A stretch of 37,461 nucleotides of DNA, taken from positions 1 through 37,461 of the forward strand of contig MU271218.1 of assembly GCA_021432655.1 (NCBI GenBank), in the 5' to 3' direction. Made by a program: the position numbers and the translations under genes. Source of the DNA: Atractiella rhizophila. Lineage: Eukaryota. This document shows, one piece after another, positions 11,018-23,059 of this stretch. Under the pieces are notes generated by a model. The model saw only the letters and a program-made list of their open reading frames with translations, made no database searches and was not told where the DNA came from. Each line of letters begins with the position of its first letter. Position 1 is the first letter of the stretch.

Positions 11018-12845
11018 TCACTCCTCCCCACCCTCCCGAACCCATATGTATTCATTCTCCTTGCTCACAACAAACTCTTTCAGTGTGCTCCTAGCCTTAC
11101 ATATCTCGTCCTCAAGCCACCCTCCAAAGAATAGCTGAACCCTCAACCAGCGTCCTCTCGTCGTCTTCACCTTTTCAGCTCCATCTGCCGTATCCCCCTC
11201 CTCCTTCACCCCCCTGTCCCCAAAGAACCAGCAGATGAAATCTGAGAATACGAACGGAGTGAATTCCCAGTCCACCACACAATACCGAACCTCTATATAG
11301 CCCATCGCTTTTGCATTTGTGAGGGTGTGGAAGAACTGAGGGGAAACGAGGTTGGAAGTTTCCTCACCGCCGTCGAGGTAGAGGCTAGTGAGATGTTTGA
11401 GGTGTGAAAAGTCGAGTGGACTGGGTAGCATGGAGGTCTTTCCATCAGGCGAGTAGGGGGCGAGGGTGATCTCGAGATGTTCGAGAAGACTCGGCAGACA
11501 GGAGCCTGAGACGGAGGGAGGGAGGGGACACAGATTGGAGAGAAGCAGCTGTGTGAGGGTGAGTGTCAGGGAGAGGGATGGGAGTGGTGGGTACGCGCGA
11601 AGCTCTAGTTCGTTGAGGTCAGATGATAATTGAAGGCCTAATGATGGCGACGAGGCAGAGTCCTTGACATCGAAAGCACGGAAGGTTCTGATCCTGTCAC
11701 CCATCCTCAACATAAAATTCTCGACCTCATCCTTCTTCCACTTTCTCCAACCTTGCCCTCCAAACCATATGTCATCCAACTTCCTCAAGCCTTCAATCGC
11801 ATGCAACACAATCTTCGCCTCCTCTTCATTCCAAATTGCGTCCAAGTGCACATATGTGACATTCGGCGAGCCCGCGATGACGTCTTTCGCCCTGTCAACA
11901 CTGATGTCATTGACAAGCTGTTTCCTAAACCAGAGGGATGTCCACAAACGCCCGGCATTAGGATAAGCTGTCAAACGAGCATGCATCTCCTTCACAGAAA
12001 CAGCTTCACTCAAATATGGGGCTGAAACAGCCTTCCAAAGCTGACAGACGGCAGAAAGTCGCTCGAAGTCAACAAGATATCCAGTACCTTCTTTGAGCCT
12101 TTCAGATTCGTCGAATGAAAGAAACTCGAAGATGAGTGAGAGGATCTCAGGAGGAAGGTGTGTGATACTGCATAAACTAATACCTGTAGGTTGAGTTGTG
12201 GAGAGGGACAGTTGGATGGTTGTCCGCAGATCGGTGGATGGAATGGTTGATTCCTCCCATTCGCTGAGAGGAATGAAACGCCGTTGCCTCTTGGAGTATA
12301 GGGCAACGGGTTCAAAGAGGACCTGAGAGCGATTATCTGGAAGATGAAAAGTGCATGTGAAGGGCTTCCGAGACAGGCGCTCCAATTCCACGGATGCACG
12401 ATGTTTGGTATCCCCAAAAGTTACCATAATACTTTCCTCCTCCAACGTGATGCAAAGAATCACTGCACCGTCGGGTTCTCCTTTATTTTCATGACCTTCC
12501 AGAGAGAAGTAGGACGATTTCGAGGGTCCATACTTGAGCTTCCAGAATCGAATAGGTAAGACGAACTTGATCCGGAGCGTGTGAATTGATGGAGGTAGGC
12601 GAGAAATGAAAGAGGGAAGAATGGAGAGGTGGATCGGAGTGCCATGTTGTAATTCTGCTGCAGTGATGAGATGGATCAGGGCGATTGACTCTGTCCCCTG
12701 ATCATCCTTTGGTGAAATCAATCGTTCCTTCTCAACGTTTCCCGGAGATGCACTGGACTGAAGCTCACGAATTCATGTCAAATGAGACAAGAGAAGGGGA
12801 AAGATCATATCATGCCTGCAGCGCATCAGCACGTTGTCCAGCCAT
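11018..12845 (-). CDS. F-box/LRR-like protein, copy 2 (exons 12816..12845 + 11018..12757; 589 aa)
   Basis: Long ORF 11018..12721 with the F-box THLPPEILSLIFEFL...FERLSAVCQLWKAV. The ORF-track start is TTG and an in-frame stop lies shortly upstream. Splicing the 58-nt intron 12758..12815 gives MAGQRADALQ|SSASPGNVEKERLISPKDDQG in frame. Confidence 0.88.
12758..12815 (-). other. 58-nt GC-AG intron, F-box copy 2
   Basis: CAG|GCATGA...TTTGAC...TTCAG|TCC. Splicing removes an in-frame TGA and supplies an in-frame ATG upstream of the N-terminal domain. Confidence 0.75.
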
Positions 12846-13189
12846 CCCGACGTTCTCCGTGCAATGATCAGGCCGATCAAGCATCATCGTGAGGAGATCG
12901 TAAAGCCGTTCGTGGGAGTGGATGGGTTAGGTGACCGTTTGAAATTAGGACAGATATCGATGGTGTTGGTGGAAGTCGGCGTCCGGACGTTCCAGACTCC
13001 AGTTCAATTCCACTACTTGAGAGGATTACGAGGTGGTGCCACAGGTCGTGCTAAAACTTGTCAATGAAACGAACTCCTTAGCAATACTAGAATTAAATTA
13101 CACTGTGATTCAAACGAAAGCTGTAGCAGAACACTCTGATCTTGATGCTTCGTCCCGCAATGACCGATTGTGATAGGAAGGACAGATAG

Positions 13190-14860
13190 GCAGTTAGGGA
13201 TCAGAGTGACAGAGGAGGCAGAGGAGGTTACTTGCCAGAACTTAGATGACACTTGAGGAGTAGCGGTATGGAGGGCAGAGGCTTAGGAGCATGAGAGGGT
13301 GCAGGCCTAGAGGTCCACTTGTGGTCCCTGATCCAACACTGCCCACATTGTCCTCCTCTTTCTCCATCAGCCATTTCATTGTTGACCTCGATATCAGGAA
13401 GCAAGCGGGTGGACATCGGAATGAAGGCTGAACCGCGGCAGAGGTGGAGCGAGAAGGTAAGTGAGGCAGAAGGAGTGGGACAGACACCGTGACGGTCCAT
13501 GTCCTTCTGCGATCACGGATCGAATTCATCCCTCTGCCCACCTTTTTTATCATTTGCAGTGCCTCCCGTGAATGAACGTACGTGAGAGAAAGGGGAAAGG
13601 GCTTGGTGAAGGGAATGAGTTGCCTAGGCAATGGTAGAGAACGAGAGAACGGGCAAAAGGCGGGGAATGAGTGAGGGATGCGCGAACGGACCCTCCTTTC
13701 TGACCCCATCTGCGCCACAGTCCCTTTCGCCATCACACGTCCCTGCAGTTCAGGGCAGATTTCCGGTCTTGAGGAATGATGTTGAAAAGCAGGTGAAACG
13801 AAAGCGCAACGGTGGGCGAGAGAAAGCAGGCACGCTTCTCCAATATCCATCCTCAATCTCGACCCGCTCTATCACCTCTCCCCCGTCCTCTGCTATCGCT
13901 ATTCGACGTCCAATACGGGCTCGCCATTCATTTCGGAGGACAAAAAGGTCGTTGGAGGAGCGGAGGATGCTGAATGTCGACTGGAGCGCGGAGGTGAGGA
14001 CAGAGGGATGCTGGAGCGAGAGAGGCGGCGCGAGGGAAACGGGAAACGGGAAAGCGGGATAAGTGGATGGAGGTATTGAGATTGGTGCAGGGCGGCGCTT
14101 ATTGCTTCCCTATAACTGCCGTCTCGATTCGTAGCCCACCAGTGACGGTAAGTCAGGACGCTGGAAGGGACGAGCAGTCCTGAGGCTGCACAAGGTTGCA
14201 CGGAGGAGAGGGGTTATGGCTGGCAGGGTGACGGGGGGAGGAATCTAATACTTATGTCAGTAAACGCAAATGCAAAAGAGGAAGAGGAAATTGGACGGTA
14301 CCTCTTCGCTCGTACCACTCTGCCCCTTCCATCTCTGTCACGCTTCGCCTTCCATTGCGCACCATTCTGTTAGCAATTATCCCCTCCCTTCTTTGCGCTC
14401 ATTGTACTTATCCATTCATCACTTGCTCACGCCCCCGCTACCATCAACCCTCCCTGCCCCTCCCAACCCTGTCGAGCCTGCTCTGTCACCAGCTGTCCAA
14501 GTACTTTGGTTCGTACTGACTCCATCACCTGTCGTCTAGGAAGAGTCCATCAGCAAAAGAGGACGGTGGGGGATAGCCGCGGTGAAGGGTACTGTGGACG
14601 AGAGAGGAGCTGGAGGCGATGACGAAGTAGACTGAACCAGGAGAGGGACACCAGAACCAGTCAGAGTGAAGGAGACCAGCAAGACGGAAGAGAGGTGAGG
14701 CGTGGGACTGCATGAACGAAACAGGTGGCTCAGAGGGAGAAAGAGGGAAGGGTGGCGGACTCGGAGATCGAGAGACGATGGAGATGGAGGACGTTCGGAG
14801 ACGGTGTACTAGTGAGTGCTTGCGGAGGCGGAGGAGATGAAAGGACGAGGGGTGCTGGTG
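13190..14860 (-). pseudogene. Gene X relic, unit 3 (internal deletions)
   Basis: Colinear similarity to the other X copies; intron GTACCG..ACTGAC..TTAG near 14245-14300. Confidence 0.45.
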
Positions 14861-14869
14861 CTCAGTTTG

Positions 14870-16416
14870 GGAGGACTAACAGAAAACTCATTCGCTTCGC
14901 TTTCACGCGTCAAATTCGGCGTTCCCAACGCGCAAGATCTTACGACACACCAGTCTGTCTTTCTTTCTTTCCTATGTTCAACTTGCAACCAATCAAAAAA
15001 TGGATGCAGGATCCATGCAAGAACATCGGTGGTTCCGACGACCGCTATCGGCAACCATTATGCACCATTCTGTTAGCAATGCATCTTATTCCCTCCCTTG
15101 TATTCATTTCCTTCCTGCGTCCATCTTGCGGCTAATGAAAGGATGGATGCAGCATCCACGCAAAGGCGTCTGTGATTCCGACGTCCGCGCATGTGAAGAT
15201 CGTGGATTTCAGCATCGAAGTAGCTATGGTCTAGGGTCACAAAACTGCCGACGTAGTCATTGCTAGTATCACCTCTCCCCTCTCGTCTCTCATCCACTTG
15301 CGAAATGAACATGGTTTTGCCCCAAAGTCACACACCTCAAGAAGGGAGATCGCGTCGCACTTGAGCCCATAGAGAGACTTTTAGTGGTGATGCGACTGCA
15401 AGAGGGGAACTTATGAACTATGCGCTACCATAGAGTCTGCAGCCACTCCTCCTTTCGTCTGTCATTCCTCTTCCTTATGTCCCCTCTGTGGTACATGTTC
15501 CGGTGCTAACTGCATTGAACGGCAGGACGGAACTCTCCAAGGGTTCTACGAGCTCCGAGGCTACTGCACGGCCTCTCCCTCTCGTCTACTCCTCTCCGCA
15601 ATCGCGGTTTATCACGTCTGTACTAGAAGTGCCTGCAAACTTCAGGATGTGCGTTCGATTCCCTGTGCTCCATGGATTGTCTATTGTACGAAACCCACTG
15701 GAACGAACCTTTTTCTGGAAGCGTCGATGGTCGCATCACTCTCTGTGGCCGTTCAAAGCTTGGCACGTATCAGTGGATAAAAGCTGGCTTGAACGTCGCC
15801 ACCTGAGGGTTCGTCTCCCTCCCCTTACTCCTCCTCTATCTGTTGAACAAACAATAATAACGTTGTTGTGAAGAGCCGGTCCCGTAGGACTCCTTGCACA
15901 GGCAGTCGGGAAGGCGTTGGCCCGCTAGAAGGATAATCGCCGTCGACATTCATGAGCCGCAGGCTGGCTTCACAAACATGTATGTGGGATCGGAGACTTT
16001 CACGCCTCCCAAACGAGCGTCCACCTCTGACGTCTCTTCTACAGACTTGTCTCATGCATCTCTTTCTGTCTGCGCGTCGTGCCCGTCACTGCCATCTGCA
16101 CGAAGGAGGTGACCATCAACAGGTCTTTCCAGTCCATCCTCCCTCCTACCGCTTGCACCATAACGTTGTTCTGACATTTCTTAGTTATTGATTTGCTCGA
16201 TGGATACGAACAGGATGCCATGGGCAAACAATTCATTGGTTCGCTAAGGGCCACGTACACTGCTGAGCCGCTCATCACACATCGCTTCATGTTCAGGGAT
16301 GCAATTCGCGCCTTTAAGACAATACAGGCTTGCCCACAAAGTTGAAACCTGGCCATGATGCTTCGCTGTAGGACGGGATGGGGAGGACGAGATCGAAACC
16401 GTCATCGACGGATACG
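14870..16416 (+). pseudogene. XDH/SDH relic, unit 3
   Basis: GVCDSDV, AMVLGH, KKGDRVALEP, Rossmann (G)AGPVGLLAQAV (15873-15906), RRIIAVDIHE, PVTAICTKEVTI, EPLITHRFMFRDAIRAFKTI and ETVIDG; frameshifted, with a middle exon missing. Confidence 0.87.
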
Positions 16417-16719
16417 TTAACGAATGAACCTTGCAGCTCCGTGCATGCAACTCTCGGACTTATGAAGGAAATGAAGGAACAAAAAGATGGAATTTAAACT
16501 ACCAGAAAGGGTTCATGGAATGGTACCATGATTATACCACACCTTCGATCTTCGACGACAGCTCCTTCTGTTCTCCTAAGTAGCTCATCTTTGAATGCAC
16601 GAGTCGTACTCAACTGTAAGAACAACGCAAGCCTGACTCAAACTGTGAATCAGTTTCTTTACAAGGCAATTTTTGGGCGGAACTTGTTGTCGTCGGCACT
16701 TTTACAGGGAATCAGAAGA

Positions 16720-17257
16720 ATTGTTTGCATGAGAGAAGACATCCCGATTACACACAGAGGGTGTCCTCCTCACAAACTCGATTTCTCAAGCCCTGAAACT
16801 TCTTCAAGCAATGAAACAATCATCAACAGCAATTCTACTTCTTCCCATCCATCGTCGTCATTGCCCGTATGTCTCGTTTCCTGATCCCCAAGAACCGGCA
16901 CATAAACACTGGGAAACTAACTCACTCATGCGGTATGAATAGTCATGACCTTTACCGCATTGTGTTAATACGGCGCATGGAAAGTCCTGGCGCAGATGGA
17001 GTTCTAAGATTGCTCATAACCATAGAGCACGAGGCGTCGGGTACGAGGGAGGTGACCTTTGTGAGGTGCGGTATGTTGCATAGAGGGGAGAGGGATGGAC
17101 GGATGACATCGTCCAGATCGAATTCCAGTCCCTGTCCCTAGTCACCCATTTTCAATTTTCAATGCCGTGTTAGTGTTAGATGTAGAGGGGTACAAACTGT
17201 GCAGCTTCCTATCGTGCCTTCCCCAGAACGCGAGCCAAAAGCCTGAGAATCTCAGTG
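16720..17257 (-). pseudogene. Decayed duplicate of the F-box/LRR C-terminal region, unit 3
   Basis: Minus-strand NIPHLTKVTSLVPD..MSNL and FPVFMCRFLGIR. Confidence 0.55.
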
Positions 17258-19070
17258 TCACTCTCCACCTTCCAGAACACATCTAAAGTTGTCATCCTCG
17301 CTCACCCCACACTCACTCAACGTGCTCCTAGCCTTGCATATCTCTTGCTCAAGCCACCCTCCAAAGAATAGCGTAATCCTCAAGTCGCGTCCTCTCGTCG
17401 TCTTCACCTTTTCAGCACCATCCACCGTATCCCCCTCTTCCTTCAACCCCCTGTTCCCAAAGAACCAGCAGATGAAGGCTGAGAATACGAACCCTGTGAA
17501 TGCCCAGTCCACCACACAGTACCGAACATCTATGGTTGCTATTGCTTTTGCATTTGTGAGGGTGTGGAAGAACTGAGGGGAAACGAGGTTGGAAGTTTCC
17601 TCACCACCGTCGAGTTTAAGGTATCTGAGATGTTTGAGGTGTGATAGGTCGAGCGGAGTTGGTAGGATGGAGGTCTTTCCATCCGGCGAGTAGGGGGCGA
17701 GTGTGATCTGGAGACGTTTGAGGAGAGGCGGCAGACAGGTGCCTGAGATGGACGGGGGGAGTGGATACAGTTTGGACAGCTCCAGCAATCTGAGGGTGAG
17801 TGGGAGAGAGAGCGATGGGAGAGGCGGGTATGTGTGAAGCCATAGACTTTTGAGGCCAGATGATAATTGAAGGCCTGGTGATGTCGACGAGGCAGAGTCC
17901 TTGACGTCGTATGCATCGAAGGATCTGATCCTGTCACCCATCCTCCGCATAAAATTCTCGACCTCATCCTTCTTCCACTTTCTCGAACCTTGACCTCGAA
18001 ACTTTACGTCATCCAACCTCGTCAAGCCTTCCATCGCATGCAACACAATCTTCGCCTCCTCTTCATTCCAAATTGCATCCATCCTCACCTTCGTAACATT
18101 TGGCGCACCGGCGATGACGTCTTTCACCATCTCAACGTTAATGTCATCGTCATAGCTTCTATTAAGCCAGAGGGAGGGCCACAAACACCCAGCATTAGGA
18201 TAAGCTTTCAAGCGAGCATGCCTCTCCTTCACAGAAACAGGTATACTCAAATATGGGGCTGAAACAGCCTTCCAAAGCTGACAGACGGCAGAAAGTCGCT
18301 CGAAGGTAGTGCTATCTATGAGCCCTTGAGATCGATCGAATGAAAGAAACTCGAAGATGAGTGAGAGGATCTCCGTAGGAAGGTGTGTGATACTGCATAA
18401 ACTAATAATACCTGTAGGTCGAGTTGTGGAGAGGGAGAGTTGGATCGTTGTCCCCAGACCGGTGGATGGGATGGTTGATTCCTCCCATTCGCTGAGAGGA
18501 ATGAAACGCCGTTGCTCCTTGGAGTATAGGGCAACGGGTTCAAAAAGGACCTGAGAGCGATTATCTGGAAGATGAAAAGTGCATGTGAAGGGCTTCCGAG
18601 ACAGGCGCTCCAATTCCACGGATGCACGATGTTTGGTATCCCCAAAAGCTACCGTAATACTTTCCTCCTCCAACGCAATGCAAAGAATCACTGCACCGTC
18701 GGGTTCGACTTCATTTTCGAGACCTGCCAGAGAGAAGTAGGATGATTTCGACGGCCCATAATCCACCGTCCAGAAGTCAATAGACAAGACAAATGTGATC
18801 CGGAGCATGTGAATTGATGGCGGTAGGCGAGAAAGGAAAGAGGAGAGAATGGAGAGGTGGATCGGAGTGCCATGTTTTAACGTTGCTGGGGTAATGAGAT
18901 GGACCAGTGCGATGGACTCTGTCCCCTGATCATCCTTGCACGAAATCGATGTTTTTCTTCTTTTCATTCTTGGAGATAACACGCTGGACTAAAGCCCACA
19001 AACGTACATTAAACGAGACAAGTGAGGGGGAAAGATCAGATCATGCCTGCAGTGCGTGTTGTTCAGCCAT
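17258..19070 (-). CDS. F-box/LRR-like protein, copy 3 (exons 19047..19070 + 17258..18988; 584 aa)
   Basis: Uninterrupted ORF 17258..18982 with the F-box THLPTEILSLIFEFL...RLSAVCQLWKAV. Exon 1 MAEQHALQ joins in frame across intron 18989..19046. An alternative unspliced ATG lies at 18967. Confidence 0.9.
18989..19046 (-). other. 58-nt GC-AG intron, F-box copy 3
   Basis: CAG|GCATGA...TTTAAT...TTTAG|TCC; phase 0. Confidence 0.72.
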
Positions 19071-19149
19071 CTCGACGTTCTCCACGCAACGATCAGACGT
19101 CATGATCGTGAGGATGGATCGCAAAACTGCTCGTGACAGTCGGTGGATT

Positions 19150-19350
19150 AGGCAACCGTTTGCAATTAGGCCAGATTAGGATGGTGTTGGGTGGAAGAAG
19201 TGGACGTCCGGACGTTGCACGCTTTAGTTCTCTAGCACTTGACTACTAGATAGTGCCACAGGACGTCCTAAAATATGTAAAAGAACTGAAATCCCTTGCA
19301 ATACTAGTACCTAAATTACACTGCATTTCGAACGAGAGCTAGAGCAGAAC
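19150..19350 (-). promoter_or_regulatory. Conserved upstream block (putative promoter) of the F-box genes
   Basis: Relatively AT-rich block (gtgccacagg..ctaaaatatgtaaaagaa..ctagtacctaaattacactg) shared at ~12930-13140, 19150-19350 and 27560-27760, 80-280 bp upstream of exon 1; largely deleted upstream of copy 1. Confidence 0.4.
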
Positions 19351-19379
19351 GGTTTGACATCGATGAGATGATGGAGCGG

Positions 19380-21680
19380 GAACGCTTAGCAGCTCGAAAG
19401 GGACCGACCTAGATGTCCTCTTGTGGTCCCTGTTCAAACACTGTCCCCTTGCCTCCTTTTTCTCCATCGGTATTTTCATTGTTGACCTCGATGTAAGAAG
19501 CAAGCGTCGGTCCAAGATGATCCATGGAGCGAGAGCCGGAGTGCGACCGACGATGGGAGGATGAGGTGGGAAAGAGAATAGGAGTGTGTGATGGAACACG
19601 GGAGAGGCATAGGACGGCGAGGGATGACGAGGGAGCGCCAACAGAGTGTGCGAAAGAAAGTGTGAGGCGTCCCTCTGACATCCTATGTTGATTATCAACC
19701 CCTTGTCACTTCTGTCGCCCTTCCACAATCCTACATCCAACCTCCAGTGCGCATTCGACGTCTGAGCCAAGGGGCTTTGGTAGAGGTATGTAGAACGATG
19801 TGAGACTAGCTGAAAGAGAGCGGCGGGGCTGAGGACCCTAGCGCACATATCAGTCAGGGCACTTGTAGCAGGAGAGAGGGAGGGAGAAAGGCAACACACT
19901 GCGGACGGAAAGGATAGCCTCAACGAGGCCAGAATGTGCAAAAAGGCGGAGGGGTTAGTGCAAGGCGAAATGAAGGGTGAACCTTGGCGGAGAGGGATGA
20001 GAGGTGCAGTGAGAGGGTAAGTGAGGCGAAAGGTGATAGCGGAGGTCAAAAAGGAGGGGGAGGACGCCGGGATGGTCATTCTCGCGTCCTTCGACGCTCA
20101 CCGACCGAAGTCGTCCCCTCTGTCCACATTTTCGCCATTTGTGTGCGTCTCGTGCTACTGGGTTGATGTTAGATGCCCATTATGCGAGGATGGAAGGGCT
20201 TAGTGAGGAACGGTTCTCCAAGGCGATGGTGGACAGCGAGAAAAGGGCGAAGAGGCGCAAGACAGCGGCACGAATCGGGGGATGGGCGAATGACCCCATT
20301 TGCGCGGCAGTCCACCCATCACACGTCCGTGCTACACTTTACGGTTGATTTCCGATGTCTATGGTGCAGCAAGTTGGTTAGAATCGAGGGACGGCTTGGG
20401 GATGTTGGAGAGCGAGGTATGACGAGAGCACTAGGTGACAGAAAGTGTACCATGCCTCTTCGATGCTCATTCTCAATCCCCAACCCAAACTGTCACCTCC
20501 ATCGTCTGCTTTGGCGATCCGCGTCCAACTAGAACGCGCCGTTCATTTCGGAGGGCACAGTGGTTGCTGAACGAGTGGAGGACGATGGATGACTAGAGGA
20601 ACGTGGGGGTAATGGAGAGGGATCCTGGAGGGAGAGCGACAGGGGGAGGGTTACAGCAAAGCAGAACCTGGGATAGGTCCAAGAGGTATTGAGTTTGACG
20701 CAGACGGCACTCCCGCGTGTCTCCCTTTGCCTCCAACGCTTCCCTTGCGCTGCTGTCTCTCCTGGTATCCCTGGCAGCAAAGGTAAGTAGGGACGCTGGC
20801 AGGGTCGAGTAGTGCTGAGGCGTGACGAGACTGCAGGAGCAGGGTGAGGATAGCCCTTGGTGAAGGGGCAAGGAACCTGTTCCCTATGCCATTAAGCACA
20901 TATGCAAAAAAGGCAGAGGGGGAGGAAGGCCACCTCTTCTCTCACACCTCTTGTTATACAGTTTTACCCCTCCGTTGACCGTAGTAGGATCCATACCTCG
21001 CCTCTCTTTCGCCCTTCCTCGCTTGTCTTGCTCGCCAATGCACAACGCCTGCCTCCTTTGTCGCGCTATGCCGTCCTCAGGCACACTTTCAGTAGGCTTC
21101 AGATAGCAGTGCTGGCACCTTCCTTTGCAGGCAGTGTTGTCTGTCGTGGTCTCCTACTTTGCTCTCCCCTTCCCATCTGTGTCATGCTTCACCTACCATT
21201 ACGTACGATCTGTTTACGATGCATCTCACCTCCCTCCCTTCTTCGCCCTGAGTGCACTCGTCCATTCATTGCTTGCTCGCACCAGCGGTACTGACTACAT
21301 CGACCTTCGCGCGTGGAATGGTATTCAGCCAAAGAGGACGGTGGAGGATAGCTGAGATGAAGGGGGAATGTGGGGGTGAGCAGAGCTGGAGGATGGCGAA
21401 GGAGGCTGAAACAGAAGAGGGAGACTAGAACCAGTCAGAGGAAAGGAGACCGGGGGACGGGTGAGAGGAAGCGAGATCGAGAGAGGTGAAGCCTGCGAGA
21501 AAGCAGCGAACTAAAAGCGTGAAGGGCGGGAACAACGGCAGAGATAAGATAGACGGCGATGAAGGATACAGTAGAAGGTGTGAAGTGAAGAAGAGTCGGT
21601 GTACTGGAGGCTGCCGCGGAGGTTGAAGGAGATGACAGAAAAGGAGCTGCTCGCAGCGTCCATATCCTGGCGATCGTAGA
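19380..21680 (-). pseudogene. Gene X relic, unit 4 (longest copy)
   Basis: Residual ORFs 19339..20079 and 20651..20899 (LQSRHASALLDPASVPTYLCCQGY); both intron positions recognisable. Confidence 0.5.
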
Positions 21681-23059
21681 ACGTCATTCAACTTCGTGAC
21701 ACTTTCATGCAACGATCTACCCGAACAAAGGCTGTCGCGATTTACGCCTCCCTCCCCACCGTGTTCCCCCTTCCCCTGTAGCGGTTGATGTTCTTAGGCA
21801 GACTAGACTAAGAGATGGAGTTGGTAGGAATGAGACTGAGAGGAAGCTGATCAACGGCGTTAACTTGTGCGTTCTTCTTCATTGCGAAGCGTTGGTTATA
21901 CTGTGATATGTCGAGAATGCTGCTGAGAGCCTCTCAAAATAGAATTGCTGCCGGAGGTTTATGCACAGACTTGCAGAGCTGATCGATGCTCTCCAGCTGC
22001 AAACATACCTTCCATATCTCCCTTCGCTTGGGGAGAGTAACTCCCATTTATCGTGGCAACACGTCGCTCTCTGTACTTCGTGTACGGTCTATACTGTGGT
22101 GCCTTCCAGCTGTCCGTGTCTTCTTTTCACAATGCATGGAACGGCGGCTGAAGGAGACGTCCTGAGCAGGAGAGTTAACCCTAACTGCCCCCTTGTTACA
22201 GCGTTAGAGGGTGGTGAAGATTTCCAGCAAGTTCATGATCCTGTTGATATGAAAGCATCAAATCATCATTTCCAGTTATCAATGGCCAATGTCAACCTTT
22301 CCCTCCAAATGCCGGGCAAAAACACCAATGAAAGATATTATTGCGACAGATGCTCCTAAGACTGGTGTACTCAATTCCACATTCGACACCTTCCTCATCC
22401 GTATGGAGCGTTCGCGGATATCGTGACTGTCTCTTGACGCATCTCGCTTTCATGGCAGTTCAACGATGGGAAGGGGGGATAAGTACATTCGATTGCGAAT
22501 ATGAAGCTGAAGGACACGGTGTGAATATGTGCCAATATATTGGAGCTGCAGGAAGAAGGAGCGGAGAGGCCTGGGATTATCATTGTTGATACTATCAGTG
22601 ATGAGGAGCAAGAGTCTCCTTACGTGGATGGACATTTTGAGTGCGTTTCTGTTTCGTTTATCTCCGGTGAACACTGATACATGATATTTGAGCTCCTCAA
22701 GAACTCAATAAGGGCGAGGGAGGAACACCGGGAAAGTCCTGAAGAGTTCCCCATGACTGCCACGGTGTTGGTAAATCGATGGGCCAGCCCACCGAGACCT
22801 TTGAATATCAGATCACGGTGAGCAACTTCCAATCTGTCCCCAGCCCCTCCAGTGGTGGTGCGTTGAATAGTAGGTTCTCTGTTTTTTCGTTTAGATAACG
22901 AATGAAGGTGGGTTTGGTTTTAGATATAAGAACGAGGCGGAAGCGAAGGAGGAAACTGTGAGGAAGGATGGGATTGTGTAGGAAGATGCGGTCAATTCCA
23001 CCGGAAATCTCGACAGCATCTTCTTCCTTCTCCATGGTTCTAACATGTGGAGGGAAGTC

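Noticed and set aside
22176..22185. Telomere-like TAACCCTAAC
   Set aside because: Fewer than two repeat units; better explained as a CTAAC branch site before TACAG.
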